From Octopus sinensis (Eukaryota): DNA of 64,000 bases. A model generated the notes under the pieces. The model was not told the origin of the DNA. It made no database searches and was given only the letters and a program-made list of their open reading frames with translations. Below, one piece after another: positions 26,176 to 39,214 of the stretch. Position 1 is the stretch's first letter, and every line of letters starts with the position of its first letter. The translations under genes and the position numbers were made by a program. The stretch spans positions 8,184,001 through 8,248,000 of the forward strand of contig NC_043012.1 of assembly GCF_006345805.1 (NCBI RefSeq), in the 5' to 3' direction.

Positions 26176-26329
26176 GTATCTTTATCATCAAATTTACTTG
26201 TCTCTTTACAACATGACCAATGTTTCAGCACTATGTTCCTTCATTCACACAAGCAAGTGGGCAAATAAGGTATTACAATAATTATGTAATAACAATTAAT
26301 AATACCTTCTCCCCTCTCTCCCACCAGTG

Positions 26330-27520
26330 TTGGAAGCTCCATTACAGAGTCAAGGCCACTTAATCCCTCTTGACTAAAAGACCAAGTAAAAGAAAGAAAC
26401 CCTAAATCTATTGTCTGTTATTCACTCATACAAAAATATTCAACATGTAACACTTACAGGACTTAGGGTTTCCTGGAAAGAGTACCACAGGGATCCATGA
26501 TCTGACCCACTCTTCTTAGCAAAATCTATACAGCCTTTCTATGAAGCCTTCATAAAACATACACGGCTCAAACTCACACACACAAATGGCATCACACTCA
26601 CATCTTCCCACCATTCTTTAGAGTCATACAAATTACTCAGAGATCTGAACCTGGTTCCACAATGACAAAGAAGCAGCAATAACCTTTACCAAATACACCA
26701 TCTTCCTTTTTTTAATCACCATCGTTAGACAATACCATATTCAAACACCCATCAAACTCAACAACATAAACACACACAAAGACAGAAATACTATAAATTA
26801 CAGCATATTTAGAAGACACTGTAAAGAAAGCAAAGCAATGCACACATTCGGGCTTAGGGCAATCCTGGGCCCCACATCTGACCAACAGGAAGAAGCGACA
26901 CCAGTGCCCAGTTAATACATCAGATCAACTGTAAGTTAATACTAGTCCTGCTTGGGTTCTTAATCTCTCTACAGCAAAACATTAACCCATTAGCAATCAG
27001 ATTACTGTCAAATGTATTACTTATTTATTCATCTTGTTTTGAATTAATTATGCTTTATCATGTGGCTCCTAGATTTCAATGATGTGATTGCTTATTTTTA
27101 TAATGACATTGTAGGGTAGGTGTGAGAGACCAGATTTAGCCAGTTTGAACATTTGGCCAGTTTAAATGCCAAAGAATTAAACTACGAAAGACACAGAGCA
27201 ACACATTGTGCTTTGTAACAGTAGACCTCATCCACAAACATTACACGACTAAACAAAGACACTTAAAAATTAAAGACCACCTACACTTGTGAAGGGAGCT
27301 CAGCTTGTTAGCACAGCAAGCTCCAACTTGTAATCACTACTCCAGATACAGAAACAACACCTCCAGAACAGTACACCATCAAGGACATCTTAAAAACACT
27401 CCACCTCCCATTTGATCCAAACATAAAAAGACCCATACACACAGACATTGGTGCAACATCAAAAGTTTCATTAGAGCCCTAACACTGCCATGGGTGGGTG
27501 TACAACTATCAACAATAATT
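26330..27520 (+). pseudogene. Degenerate non-LTR reverse transcriptase remnant
   Basis: RVPQGSMI*PTLLSKIY at ~26479-26530 matches the GVPQGS.LSP.LF motif; interrupted by a TTAA MITE. Confidence 0.65.
26986..27176 (-). mobile_element. piggyBac-type MITE family 1, interrupting a LINE remnant
   Basis: TTAA on both sides; internal deletion. Confidence 0.75.
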
Positions 27521-29510
27521 GATAAGGAACAATCATTGTTACATTCGGACCAAGCCCAGTCTCCTCTCCTCTGCTTTGGCTGCAGCAAGAATCTGCAGAT
27601 ATAGAAAAGTACACTGGACAAAGGCCAGTTTCCAGGTTTCATGGCATATGTATTCTCCACCAGGATGGGGCGCTAGTCCATTGCAGGATTACTCATTTCT
27701 GCCAGCTGAGTGGACTGGAGCATCGTGCAATGAAGTGTTTTGCTCAAGAACACAACGCATCACCCGATCCAGGAATTGAAACCACAATCTTATGATGAGG
27801 AGTCCAACAGCCTAACCACTAAGCCATGTGCCTCCACAGTGGAGAGATTGGAGAGAGTGCATTACGTTATGTCCAGACTATCGCACTGCATATCATGATT
27901 TATCACTGCTGCATGTCAGAGTGTGCAGTGCAATGTGCAGGTAAGCAGACACAAGATGCAACTGAGAAAATGGATTTGCGAACCATAGGCCTTCTCGATC
28001 AGGACTGACCTGGGAACTACACGACAATAATTACAACAACAACAACTATTATTATAAAAACTAGCTCAACAACTATTACAACTACTGCAACTACTACTAC
28101 TACTACTACACCTGCAGCAGGACCACCCACCTACACTACACAGCCACCCTTTGACTCTCAGTAATAAACATATTAAGTAATGCTTCCTAGATGAGTCACT
28201 CTCCACAGTAACTCCCACTCATGTACGAACCAACAAATTATGTTAATCCAACACTCAGTTTCCTTTTCAAGTAATTCATAATCCCTAACTTCATGGCTCA
28301 TGTCACACCATGAAACTACAACACAACCAGAGCACTACTTCAGCACACCACCCTACCACCAGACTATGCCACACCACACTACAACAGTACACCGGATCAG
28401 ACCACACTGCTATACCACACCACACCACACTACAACAAGACTATACTGTATCACACCCCATCACCACAACACTGCTACAAAAACTACTACAGCACTTTAC
28501 CACAATACACTGGCACCATACAATATCACACCACACAACTGTGTACTACACCACATTAATACAACACTAGCACTGCTACAGTAGCCATGAAATCTGTAAT
28601 TAATTAAGAGACCAACACAGGCCAGAAGAGTCACCAGTGAAGTATATGGTGGTGGTGGTGGTGGTGGTGGTGGTGGCAGCAGCGGTGAACGTAGCCGAGA
28701 TGGTTTTCAATTCGAAGGAGAAATAATGTATCTGTTCTGTTCTGTTAGTGGAGAATTTAATGAGAAGAAGAAGAAAGTATTGGCATTGATGATGAAAGAG
28801 AAGATGGTTTGTCATCATCGACAGAGAAGAAATGGAGAAACAGAGGAGAATTGGTTCTTCGTGCAGCTGAAATCAGCAGTAATCAATACATAACAGCTTG
28901 CAGGGAGAAACAGCAGCCTAGATTAACAAACCAAACCAGCCTCCACCCCTGCTCTCTCTCTCCGTCTTTGTCTCTCTTTCCTTCTCTCTCGCCTCCCTAG
29001 CGCTCGCTGTAGAATCTGCCAAAGAACTACAACAGCAGCCAAGATTAACAAAAGCAACCTCTCTTTCTTTCTCTCTCTCTCACACACACACAGACACATA
29101 CATTACATACACACAGACACACACACACACACACACCTCCTCTGTTTCTCCTCCCTGGTACAGCAGATCTGCCAAACAACAGCAGCAGCAACAACAACAC
29201 TAATACTCATGAAGCACTTCTGCGGCCATTTATCAATAAGACAGCAAGCAGCCATCATCAGTACCACCACCACCACCACCATCGCCACCATCAGTATAGC
29301 ACTGCTATTGCCATCGCCATCAGAAGATACAGTTTCTTCAGCTGAAATAGTGAAGCCTGCTGCAGCAAAATGTGAAATTGATATTTTAGCATTTATAGAA
29401 ATAGTTGTGGAAGTGAATTCACTTCAGTGCCAGTTACCGAAATCCATTGAGTCAGGTTTATTGTAAACTAAACAGATGGGTGATGGGGTGGAGGGTGTGG
29501 AACGTGTTGT

Positions 29511-29650
29511 GTGAATATATACATACATACATATATATATTATATATACATACATACATATATATATTATATATACATACATACATATATATATTATATA
29601 TACATACATACATATATATATTATATATACATACATACATATACACACAC
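29511..29650. repeat. ~27-bp tandem repeat built from TACA/TA units
   Basis: atatatacatacatacatatatatatt repeated about 5 times. Confidence 0.9.
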
Positions 29651-30535
29651 ATGTGGAGCAGGCAGAGGCATTTTAAAGGAATATTTTCTGGGATTATTGA
29701 AATTATTATCATTATTTAAATAAGTCATCAGATTATAAAATAAGTAGTATTCTGTCAAGGAAAATATATATTACAATACTGTGTGTGTGTGTGCGCGCTA
29801 CTATCATTGATTTTGTATATATGAGTGTATATCATCATCATCATCATTACTTGATGTCATTTTCTTTTCATGCTGACATGGGTCGGACAGTTTGGCAAGA
29901 ACAGACAGGCCAGAGGCCTCCGGCAGGTTCTCTGTCAGCCTTGGCATGATTTCTACAACTGGATGCCCTTCCTAATGCCAACCATCCTTACAGCGTGTAC
30001 TGGGAGCTTTTTAAAGGGCACTAGCATCCACAAGATAAGGCCCTCACTTAAACTGAGCAAAGTATGGAATGGCAAAATATATGTATGTGTGTACACGTCT
30101 CCTTGTCTTCACATTGCGTGATAGTCGTAAACAAGTATCACCATCATACAGGCAGCATCAGTTGTTTCTCATCTTCAATGAAAAGCATCTCTGGCCATGG
30201 GGAAATATTTCCTTATTTGGAAACAAGTGAGGATTGGTGACTGGAAGAGCATCCAGCCACAGAAGATGTGCTTCAACAAATTCTCTCCAACTCGTGATGT
30301 ACAGAAAAGTGATAATGACAGCAATCATGATGTTGATTGATTTATGCATAAAAGCAGTTGAATTAGAAGAGTTTTTTTTTTTAAACAAAATATGTCATAT
30401 GTGTTCCAGTTCTCTGCATTCTGAGTTCAAATTAGGTCTGAGGTCAACTTTGCCTTTCACACTCTTAACCCGGATATGCCCTTAAAAAAATTTCACTGCA
30501 ATTTGATTAAACATTATGGTAAGCTTTCAGGATGA

Positions 30536-30702
30536 TAGGCACAGGAGTGGCTGTGTGGTAAGTAGCTTGCTTACCAACCACATGGTTCTGGGTTCATTCC
30601 CACTGCGGAGCAACTTGGGCAAGTGTCTTCTACTATAGCCTCGGGCCGACCAAAACCTTGTGAGTGGATTTGGTAGACGGAAACTGAAAGAAACCCATCG
30701 TG

Positions 30703-30739
<37 letters not shown>

Positions 30740-30948
30740 GTATGTATGAATATGTTTGTTTGTCAGTGTTTGTCCCCCCAACATCGCTTGACAACCGATG
30801 CTGGTGCGTTTACGTCCCCGTAACCTAATGGTTCAATAGAATAAGTACTAGGCTTACAAAGAATAAGTCCTGGGGTCGATTTGCTCGACTAAAGGCGATG
30901 CCCCAGCATGGCCGCAGTCAAATGACTGCAACAAATAAAAGAATAAAA
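30536..30948 (+). mobile_element. SINE family A, full length
   Basis: As above. Confidence 0.85.
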
Positions 30949-31245
30949 GACGTGGAAGAGAAGGACAGTATGCAACTGTTAGCTATGGGTGTCGACTACC
31001 TGCTGAACATTTCATATGCTTGGTCAGATGCTTCCCAGGAAGTTCATGTCCAAACAAGTAGGTGCAGGTTTTGCATTGCAAAAATGCAACCAGGGATATA
31101 TGGGTCAAGTTAGTAAAGTTAAGGACAACTACAGTTCCCTCTGTCCCGCTCCCTCTCTCTATCTGGTTGTCATATCCTGGATATTTTGTTGACTCATGGG
31201 TGGGAGGCCAGCCAGAAATGTGATGCATCTGCTCCAGAATATATG

Positions 31246-31476
31246 TATTTCTTTACTACCCACAAGGGGTTAAACAGAGAGGGGACAAACAAGGACAGAC
31301 AAACGGATTAAGCCGATTATATCGACGCCAGTGCGTAACTGGTACTTAATTTATCGACCCCGAAAGGATGAAAGGCAAAGTCAACCTCGGCTGAATTTGA
31401 ACCCAGAACATAACGGCAGACGAAATACGGCTACGCATTTCGCCCGGCGTGCTAACGTTTCTGCCAGCTCGCCGCC
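31246..31476 (-). mobile_element. SINE family C, full length
   Basis: Reverse complement of the 5050 family. Confidence 0.85.
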
Positions 31477-32718
31477 TTTATATATGACCATTTAAAACAA
31501 ATAGCTAAAGCCATATGCATTTTACCTAGCCATCCTTGACTCTCCAAGCTCACTGATTGATGGATGAAAATTTTTTTATCTTTTACTTGTTTCAGTCATT
31601 AGACTGCAGCCATGCTGGAGCACTGCCTTGAATTTTAAGAAAAGAGATCGGTGTTCTGTTGCATTGAACAGGCTGTCAGCCAATGACCATTTACAGGCAT
31701 GATCTTACTACTGCTTGACACAAGGTTGTTTTACCTGCTGTGTTTCTGACCCTCCTTAGACAATCCAGTCCTGATGAGTTCCCTCATCAGCACCATATTG
31801 ATGCTGAGCTTAGCATGGACGCCAGATTACCATAGAAAACTGACTACCAGGACTCTCATCCTCAAACTGGTCAACCAGCTAAGCATCCGAGTAGCTGGGC
31901 TGCAGGAGCACACTGTAAATAGGTAACTCTATGACGGAATAACCTTCCCATCAGGGACAATGTTGCCCTATTCGCCTAGTCAACAGAGTGGCATTGTTTG
32001 AATGCTAAAATGATGCAAAGCGTTTGTGGGACAAAATGCTTAGTGGCATTTCATCTGTCTTTATTTTCCGAGTTCAAATTCCATCGAGGTTGACTTTGCC
32101 TTCATGTTTCCTTGGTCAATGAAATAAGTACCAGTTATGTAGTGGGGTCTATGTAATTGACTATCCCCCTCTTCTTTACAGCCCTTACATTATATGTTTG
32201 TATATAGATGATGATGTCTATGTTTTTAAACATTATATATATATATGTACACCTGTGTGTGTGTGTGCGTATGTTACATGGTATATCCTACAGGTATGTA
32301 ATACATCCTCTGGCCATTCTACAGAGTGGCACTGAACATATACCATTTAATATACACCCTAATGATGTCAATAGATTTCACATCTTAATGTTTTTACAAT
32401 CAATTTCTCTTTTTGAAGAACTATAACAATAACACCATCAACCTATCCTGTCCACTCCATTCAGCTTACTCCAGAGTCTGGCTTAGCGATATTTTAACCA
32501 TTATTCTTTCATGAGTTCAAGCTAGTTGGTTCCGGTCATGCTGGAGCACAACAGACACACTGACAGAATTTGAACCCCTAATTTATTGTTTCAGACAGCT
32601 TGCTTTGTTTTCACCAGCTTTTACCAGTTCCAAACCATTTGTGATCATAGACAAAATGGTTTCAAGTTAAATTTAAGTGAAGGCAGGGTAACAAGATTTT
32701 TGTAAATTATGGGATTAA

Positions 32719-32921
32719 CCTTTTCATTACCGTATTTCTGTTGAAAAACACTGCCATGTTTCAATCAATTTTGAAAATAATGAAAAATTTATTGTCATAA
32801 TTAATTTGGTGTGTAGAACATACGAAATTTTGATGGAAGATTTAAATTTAGATCACTTTAAAACAAAGTTCGTAGCATAGAACCAGGAATGGTGGTCTCG
32901 GGTGGATTGGTATGAAAAAAG
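32719..32921 (+). mobile_element. piggyBac-type MITE family 2, diverged
   Basis: TTAA|ccttttcattac...gtatgaaaaaag|TTAA. Confidence 0.7.
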
Positions 32922-34229
32922 TTAAAGAGAGGGGTTATCGAACAAATGGTCTTTAGTTCAAAGCCTTATATAAGTTTATTTGGTTGCTAACAGGTTCTGC
33001 AAATACTTCAGAGGTCAACAAACCATTCCAGTGACTTCTTCATCAAAATAAATTCAATAATTACATCAGTTAATTAGAAATATGAGCAGAGTACTAATTA
33101 ATCCAAATTAATCTCGCTACTGAGGATGGTCTTAACATAAATGGTTACAATTTCAGCATGTCAAAAGTTTTTTATTTTGATTTCTTTTGGGAATTCATTA
33201 AACATTCTTCAAACTCACAAATACTTTTTTTGCTAAATATTATGAAATTTCTTGCAAATTCCGGTATTACTTTCTACATTCTTGTCTACTAAATTCCAAC
33301 ATCAGTGCTGCTTATTTTCTTACTCTTCCATTACTGAGGCTGAGTAAATATTTTTACAGCTGGCTAACCTTCTTAAATACAATCCACTCAACCATGAAGA
33401 AGAAAAAAGTGCAACATCTATTTTTTTTCTCTCTTTATTTTTTTTTTTTCTTTCTGTCAACTCAATCAAATGTGATGTTGTATAAACGACATAATGAGAC
33501 TAACGAGACAACACAAAGGCTTTTTATTACACAGTAAGGTTAGAACTCATTACCAAAGAGTCAATAACGAAGTACTTTTAAACATTACAGCCACTTAGGT
33601 TCTAAACCATTCGGCTGGAAACATTTTCTAAGGAATCACTGAAATTGTACCATCACAGCTTTCTGCTGGAAGCTGCAGTCAGAATCAAATTAACAATATT
33701 GACCAGAGACAGCATTTTATCACTCCAATACACAATTACAGTTCAATATTCACCAGTGACAACCTACACTCACTTCACTACACAAAATGATGCCTGATTT
33801 CACACAATTCAATTGTTACATCCGCCGTCACAGCACAGTTGAGGTGCTGAAATACACACACAGACACACACACACAAGCACAGACACACAAACACAGATG
33901 TGTGTGTGTGCTCGCGCGCATACACAAACAGGATTCCGAGAAGGCGATCCGTGTGATATGACGATAGCTTTATTTCACATCCTACTCTCTCTAAAGTTGT
34001 GGATTTTTATTAAACGGAGAGATGTTCAGTTTATAGGAAGATATCGAACAAACAGCAGCCATCAATGAGGATATCAGCAAACAAAGAGTGGGAAGTTCTT
34101 GTCGAGAAAGGAATCAATGGCCAGTCAATCTAATATTTAAGATACATATTGTCTGCGAATCAAAACCATCCACCATGTATTGTATGGTATATATGCTATA
34201 TACCATTGTGTGTGTGTGTGCATGCATAG

Positions 34230-34600
34230 ATGTATATGCTAGTATATGTGTGTGTGGGTGGGTATATATGTGCATACACACACACACCCATATACTAGCA
34301 TACACATGTATGTGTATGTATAAATGTGTGTGTGTGTGTGTATGTGTATGTATAAATGTGTGTGTGTGTGTATATGTATAAATGTGTGTATGTGTGTGGG
34401 GGGTGTATATATGCATACACACACACACCCATATACTAGCATACACATGTATGTGTATGTATAAATGTGTGTGTGTGTGTGTATGTGTATGTATAAATGT
34501 GTGTGTGTGTGTATATGTATAAATGTGTGTATGTGTGGGGGGTGTATATATGCATACACACACACATACATATACATACACACACACATATACTAGCATA

Positions 34601-34636
<36 letters not shown>

Positions 34637-34650
34637 AATGTGTGTGTGTG
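34230..34650. repeat. Higher-order ~140-bp repeat of microsatellite-derived units
   Basis: Three blocks containing catacacacacacacccatatactagcat. Confidence 0.85.
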
Positions 34651-34813
34651 GGTGGGTGCACATAAACACACAAATGGGTGTATATGTGATGTGTTTAATG
34701 TTTATTTCATGGTGAAAACACAAGTGCTCAATACATTACACCACCTTGTTCTGAAAGTGCGTAGTTGTGTGTGTGTGTGTGTGAGAGTGTATGAGAGAGA
34801 GAGAGAGAGAGAG

Positions 34814-34871
<58 letters not shown>

Positions 34872-35050
34872 ATGTGAAATATAAACAGGATTACACAAAA
34901 CACTGTAAAGATGATAGTGTAAAACTTTTCAGTGGAGACATGTCTTTACCTTACATAAGACACACACACATTATATATAGAGAGAGAGGGGGGGAGAGGG
35001 AGAGAGAAGGAAAGAGAGAGAGAAAGAAAGAGAGAGAAAGAGAAAGAAAA

Positions 35051-35083
<33 letters not shown>

Positions 35084-35299
35084 AGGAGAGAGGTGTGTGT
35101 GTGTGTTGCTTTGCTGGATGAAACTTTGAAGTCACTGTCAAAAATATTCTTTTTTAAGAACATAAACATAAAAGCAAACATTAACATATATCTTTTATCT
35201 TTTGCTTGTTTCAGTCATCAAGCTGTGGCCATGCTGGGGCACCACCTTGAAGAATTGTTTTTAGCCGAATGAATTGACCCCAGGACTTCATAAATATAT

Positions 35300-35612
35300 A
35301 GCTCAGTGGTGAGAGTGTTAGCCTTATAATCGTGAGGTGGTTAGTTCGATTCCCAAACCGGGCTGCGTGTTGTGTTCTTGAGCAAGACACTTTATTTCAC
35401 TTTGTTCCAGTTCACTCAGCTGTAGAAATGAGTTGCGACGTCACAGGTGCCAAGCTGTATCAGTCTTTGCCTTTCTCTTGGATAACATTGGTAGCATGGA
35501 GAGGAGAGGCTGGTATGCATGGGCGACTGCTGGTCTTCCACAAGCAACTATGCTCAGACTAGTGACTCAGGACAATCGCATGGTCATTCATGACTGAAGG
35601 GGTCTTTACCCT
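35300..35612 (+). mobile_element. tRNA-derived SINE (CORE-like)
   Basis: AGCTCAGTGG and GTTCGATTC boxes followed by TTGAGCAAGACACTT. Related heads at ~3940-4250, ~3550-3655 (-) and ~27563-27840 (-). Confidence 0.7.
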
Positions 35613-35910
35613 TAAAGTATATATGCACTGTCTCCTTGACTTACAACTGAGTTCCGTTCTGATTGACAGGTCGTAAGTCGATCCGGTTGTATGTCAGATA
35701 TATATTTTTCAACACTATTTTCATTCAAGCAACTGATGCTTGAAAGGGACTGAGTGAGAGACAGGGGCAGGTAGGGGATGCCTGGGTCTGAGAGAGGCCT
35801 GCATTACCAGATGCTCCCATGGTTATCATACGCACAGCTGCCCAACATCAAAAATTGAAACATGTGGATGGTCATAAGCTACATAGGTCCTGAGTCAAAG
35901 AGAAGGTGCA

Positions 35911-35975
<65 letters not shown>

Positions 35976-36027
35976 GCATTGTGTGACTAATAACACATAC
36001 ATATATATATTTATATATATATATATA

Positions 36028-36191
36028 CTTTATTTTGTTAACGAAAACTGTCCGACGAACGGAAACGTGAAACTCCGAGTAACAGGTTTTGTTGAATTTC
36101 TGCTGCTTTTAAATAAAGCATATTACTCTACCCCTGGTATTTGAGTACTCTTTTTTTTCCACCCTGTTTCACATATATGTGTTAACTCCGG
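36028..36191 (+). mobile_element. Short Penelope-like terminal fragment inside (TA)n
   Basis: Contains the hammerhead, then AATAAA at 36112-17. Flanked by TA/TG microsatellite on both sides. Confidence 0.6.
36044..36090 (+). ncRNA. Minimal type I hammerhead ribozyme (U4C variant)
   Basis: Stem I CTGT/ACAG; core CCGACGA; stem II ACG-GAAA-CGT; GAA; stem III ACT-CCG-AGT; GUA cleavage triplet ending at 36081. Confidence 0.75.
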
Positions 36192-36210
36192 TATATATAT
36201 ATATATATAA

Positions 36211-36249
<39 letters not shown>

Positions 36250-38071
36250 GAAGCAAAATGAAGTAATAATAGATTTGGCTGTCTAACAGCAGTATTTATT
36301 GTAGCTCGTTAAAATTGGTAATTCCCTTCCTCTCTCTTTCTCTCTTTCTCACTTTCTCTGATAATTAAAATAAAGACATTGATGTGTGTTGTCACCACCC
36401 TCCATACCACCACCACCACCACTTTCACCAAGTGTAAACAGAAGCTAGTGTTTCATCAACTGGCATCACCTCCACCACCCCAACCAACCTCTGACATTTC
36501 CCCACCATCCACCCATATGTGTTTATATGTACCCACCCAGTACAGGAGAACATTAACCAACATCAACTGGGAAATACACCCCCTCTCCCCTATCTCTCTA
36601 TACCTACTTTCCTACTCCACCCACCCTCGAATGTACCCATGTACCCAACCAGTACAGTTGACACTAATTAACATTTACTGCTCTCTCCTCCTCCATCTTG
36701 ACAGAATTTCCAAACTTCTTGCTGTACACACACACACACACACATTCTACTTTGGCAAAGTAGGATCAATAACCAATCATTAGAATTCAATATATTACTT
36801 ATAATGGACTTACAAAGCTGCAGACTCTTATACGAACCAGAAGATATGTACAGAGCACACACATTAATTAATTAATCAATCAATCAATCAGTCAACCAAT
36901 CAGTCAATGGCTACACAACCACCTTCATCAGCTTACAGCTGTTTTGGGTATAAGGGAACTGTCTACCCAGACTTGAGTGCCAATCTTAGAGCTAGTCAGA
37001 TCCTTAAGATAAAATGTACCCTTGAGGAAAACATATACATATACATACATATATATATATATCAATTTCTGGTAAGGACTTGTGTTAATATGTACATACC
37101 AGTTGCCAGAAAGTGTTTAATATGTAAATTGCTATATCCAGTAGTGTTACACCACTAAGACTTAGTGGATATTTAAGCACTGAGTTTATGGATGGTTAAT
37201 AGGCTGAATGCTGCACTGAAGAAGGAGCAATAAGTCCAGAAATGTGTATATATGTCCATAACCCATTTTTCTATCCTTGATCACATTGTTTACATAGACA
37301 TATTCATATCCAAAACATCACAACTTTCCTTGCTGGCCCTGAACTCTATAGAAAATCTGCAGAGATAGCTTGAAAGGGTTATATAACTTGACCTTCTGTG
37401 TCTCTTTTCGTTCATTTGCTTATTACTCTACATGTTTGACTTGTGAATATAAATATATATATATATTTCCAATCATATGGTCATGGGTTCAGTCCTTCTA
37501 AAACATTAAATTTGTAGAAGACAAAGGTCTTCTATTATAGCACTCAGACTAACCAGAACCTTGAGTGGGTTTTGATGACGGAAACTGAAAGAAGCCTGTC
37601 ATATATATTTACGTGTATGTATGTTACTGACTCCTTGCCTTGACTTCATTTGATAGCTGTGGATGCTAAATGATAACTATGAGATTATACAGAAACCAGA
37701 AGTTGTATTGAAAACATTTAATCTTTTAGTAAAGTACTCTACTGTCATTAATTCCTATCTCACTGTGTGTGTGTGTTTGGGCGATGGTAGAAAGAGACAG
37801 AGGAGGAGAGAAAGGGAGAGAGAGAGCCTGTGTGTGTGTGCATGCACATATGAATATCTGATATGCTGTGTACTTCACATGGAAACTGGTAGTCTACAAC
37901 AATTAAAGTTTGTTGTTATTTTCTTGTTAACAAATAGTCCATTGGTTCTGCACTTTCAAAAACCTGAAGAGTAAGAGATTCCTTACTTGAAAAAGAGGTA
38001 AAGACTACTGAGAACAAGTGCATCCAGTTGTAAAATAATGCTTCAATCATATATATATATATATATATTAT

Positions 38072-38205
38072 ATGTAGAAAATACAAACTGGGACAAGAAC
38101 GTAAAACATTTAGAAGACGACACAAAAAACACGGACGGGACATTCAAAGCCTTCAATCTTCAGTCAAGAACCGGATCATCCTAGCAATTTCGGCTGATTA
38201 ATCTT
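38072..38205 (-). mobile_element. Third, 5'-truncated copy of the 18.4-kb element
   Basis: The reverse complement reads AAGATTAATCAGCCGAAATTGCTAGGATGATCCGGTTCTTGACTGAAGATTGAAGGCT...CCCAGTTTGTATTTTCT, with (TA)n on both sides. Confidence 0.85.
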
Positions 38206-38681
38206 ATATATATATATATTCATCTAATCCATTCTGGCACAAAAAATGTGGACATAAAGAACACAAATAAATGAACATTGCAAATAGGAGGTGACAAGTG
38301 TCTCAATATCCCAACATGGCAAAACAGATGGGAATTAATTGGGTAAAAATATAAAGAAACAATTAGATGGCATGTCATTCCACAGAGTTTCGCTTCAAGA
38401 TATTAATTTCCATTAATTATTGTACAATTAAGAAGTTCACTTTACAACTATGTCAATTTGAACTTCAGGTTCAATCCCATTGCATGGCACTTTGGGCAAG
38501 AGTCTTCTACAATAACCCCACTTTCTTGACCAATGCCCAGTAATAATAATGTTGGTGTTTGGAACATAAATTAATGTGAAATTTTGATGGAATTTTTAAC
38601 TTTAAATGACTGTAAAACAAGAAATCTGTGTTGAAGAAGCCGGAGATTCCAACCTAAGGGGATTGGTATCAAAAGGTTTAA

Positions 38682-38903
38682 CCCTTTCATTACTGTATTT
38701 ATTTTGAGATGCTCTGTGTTTCTTTCAATTAATTTTAAATATAACAAAGAATTTAGTAAAATAACTTAGCTATCTTTCAGTTAGTGTTAGGATTATAAAT
38801 TGTGACTTAGGTTTGATGGAAGATTTTAATTCAGAACTTATGAAAACAAGACATTTGTACTACTGAGCCAGGGCCGGTTTCAGCCGGGTTGGTATCAAAA
38901 GGT
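38682..38903 (+). mobile_element. piggyBac-type MITE family 2 (222 bp), preceded by a partial tandem copy sharing the TTAA
   Basis: TTAA at 38678-81 and 38904-07; same body as 15354. Confidence 0.8.
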
Positions 38904-39214
38904 TTAAATTAATAAACCTCGTGAAGATAACTAGTCACCGGAAAGAAGATAGGACTTGGACTACCATCTATGAAGCAGTGATACATGATATGCAGAAACA
39001 GGATAGGTAGACCCCACTCCCCCAACAAAACACACACACACACATACACATGGCATATAAGAAAAGCAAAGGCTGCATAAGAGGTAGAGTGAGGATCAAA
39101 ATTAAGCTGAAAGAAAAGGAAGATTTTGTAGTAATTAACTGCAGAGGAGTAATTAGCATTCAGAATACACGTGAAATAAATTATTTCATATACCTAGTAG
39201 GAGCCAGGTAGTGT

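Noticed and set aside
29408-29434. Minus strand ACTGGCACTGAAGTGAATTCACTT resembles miR-183/263/228 mature sequences
   Set aside because: There is no complementary star arm or precursor hairpin; as a plus-strand target site it mismatches seed position 2; much of the likeness comes from the GAATTC palindrome.
31768-31790. CTGATGAG-TTCC-CTCATCAG hairpin; possible hammerhead or C/D snoRNA
   Set aside because: The core is sequestered in a simple stem, there is no GAAA strand, and the C-to-D spacing is too short.
3940-35360. tRNA-like A/B-box sequences at SINE heads
   Set aside because: They lack a complete cloverleaf and run into SINE bodies, so they are not tRNA genes.
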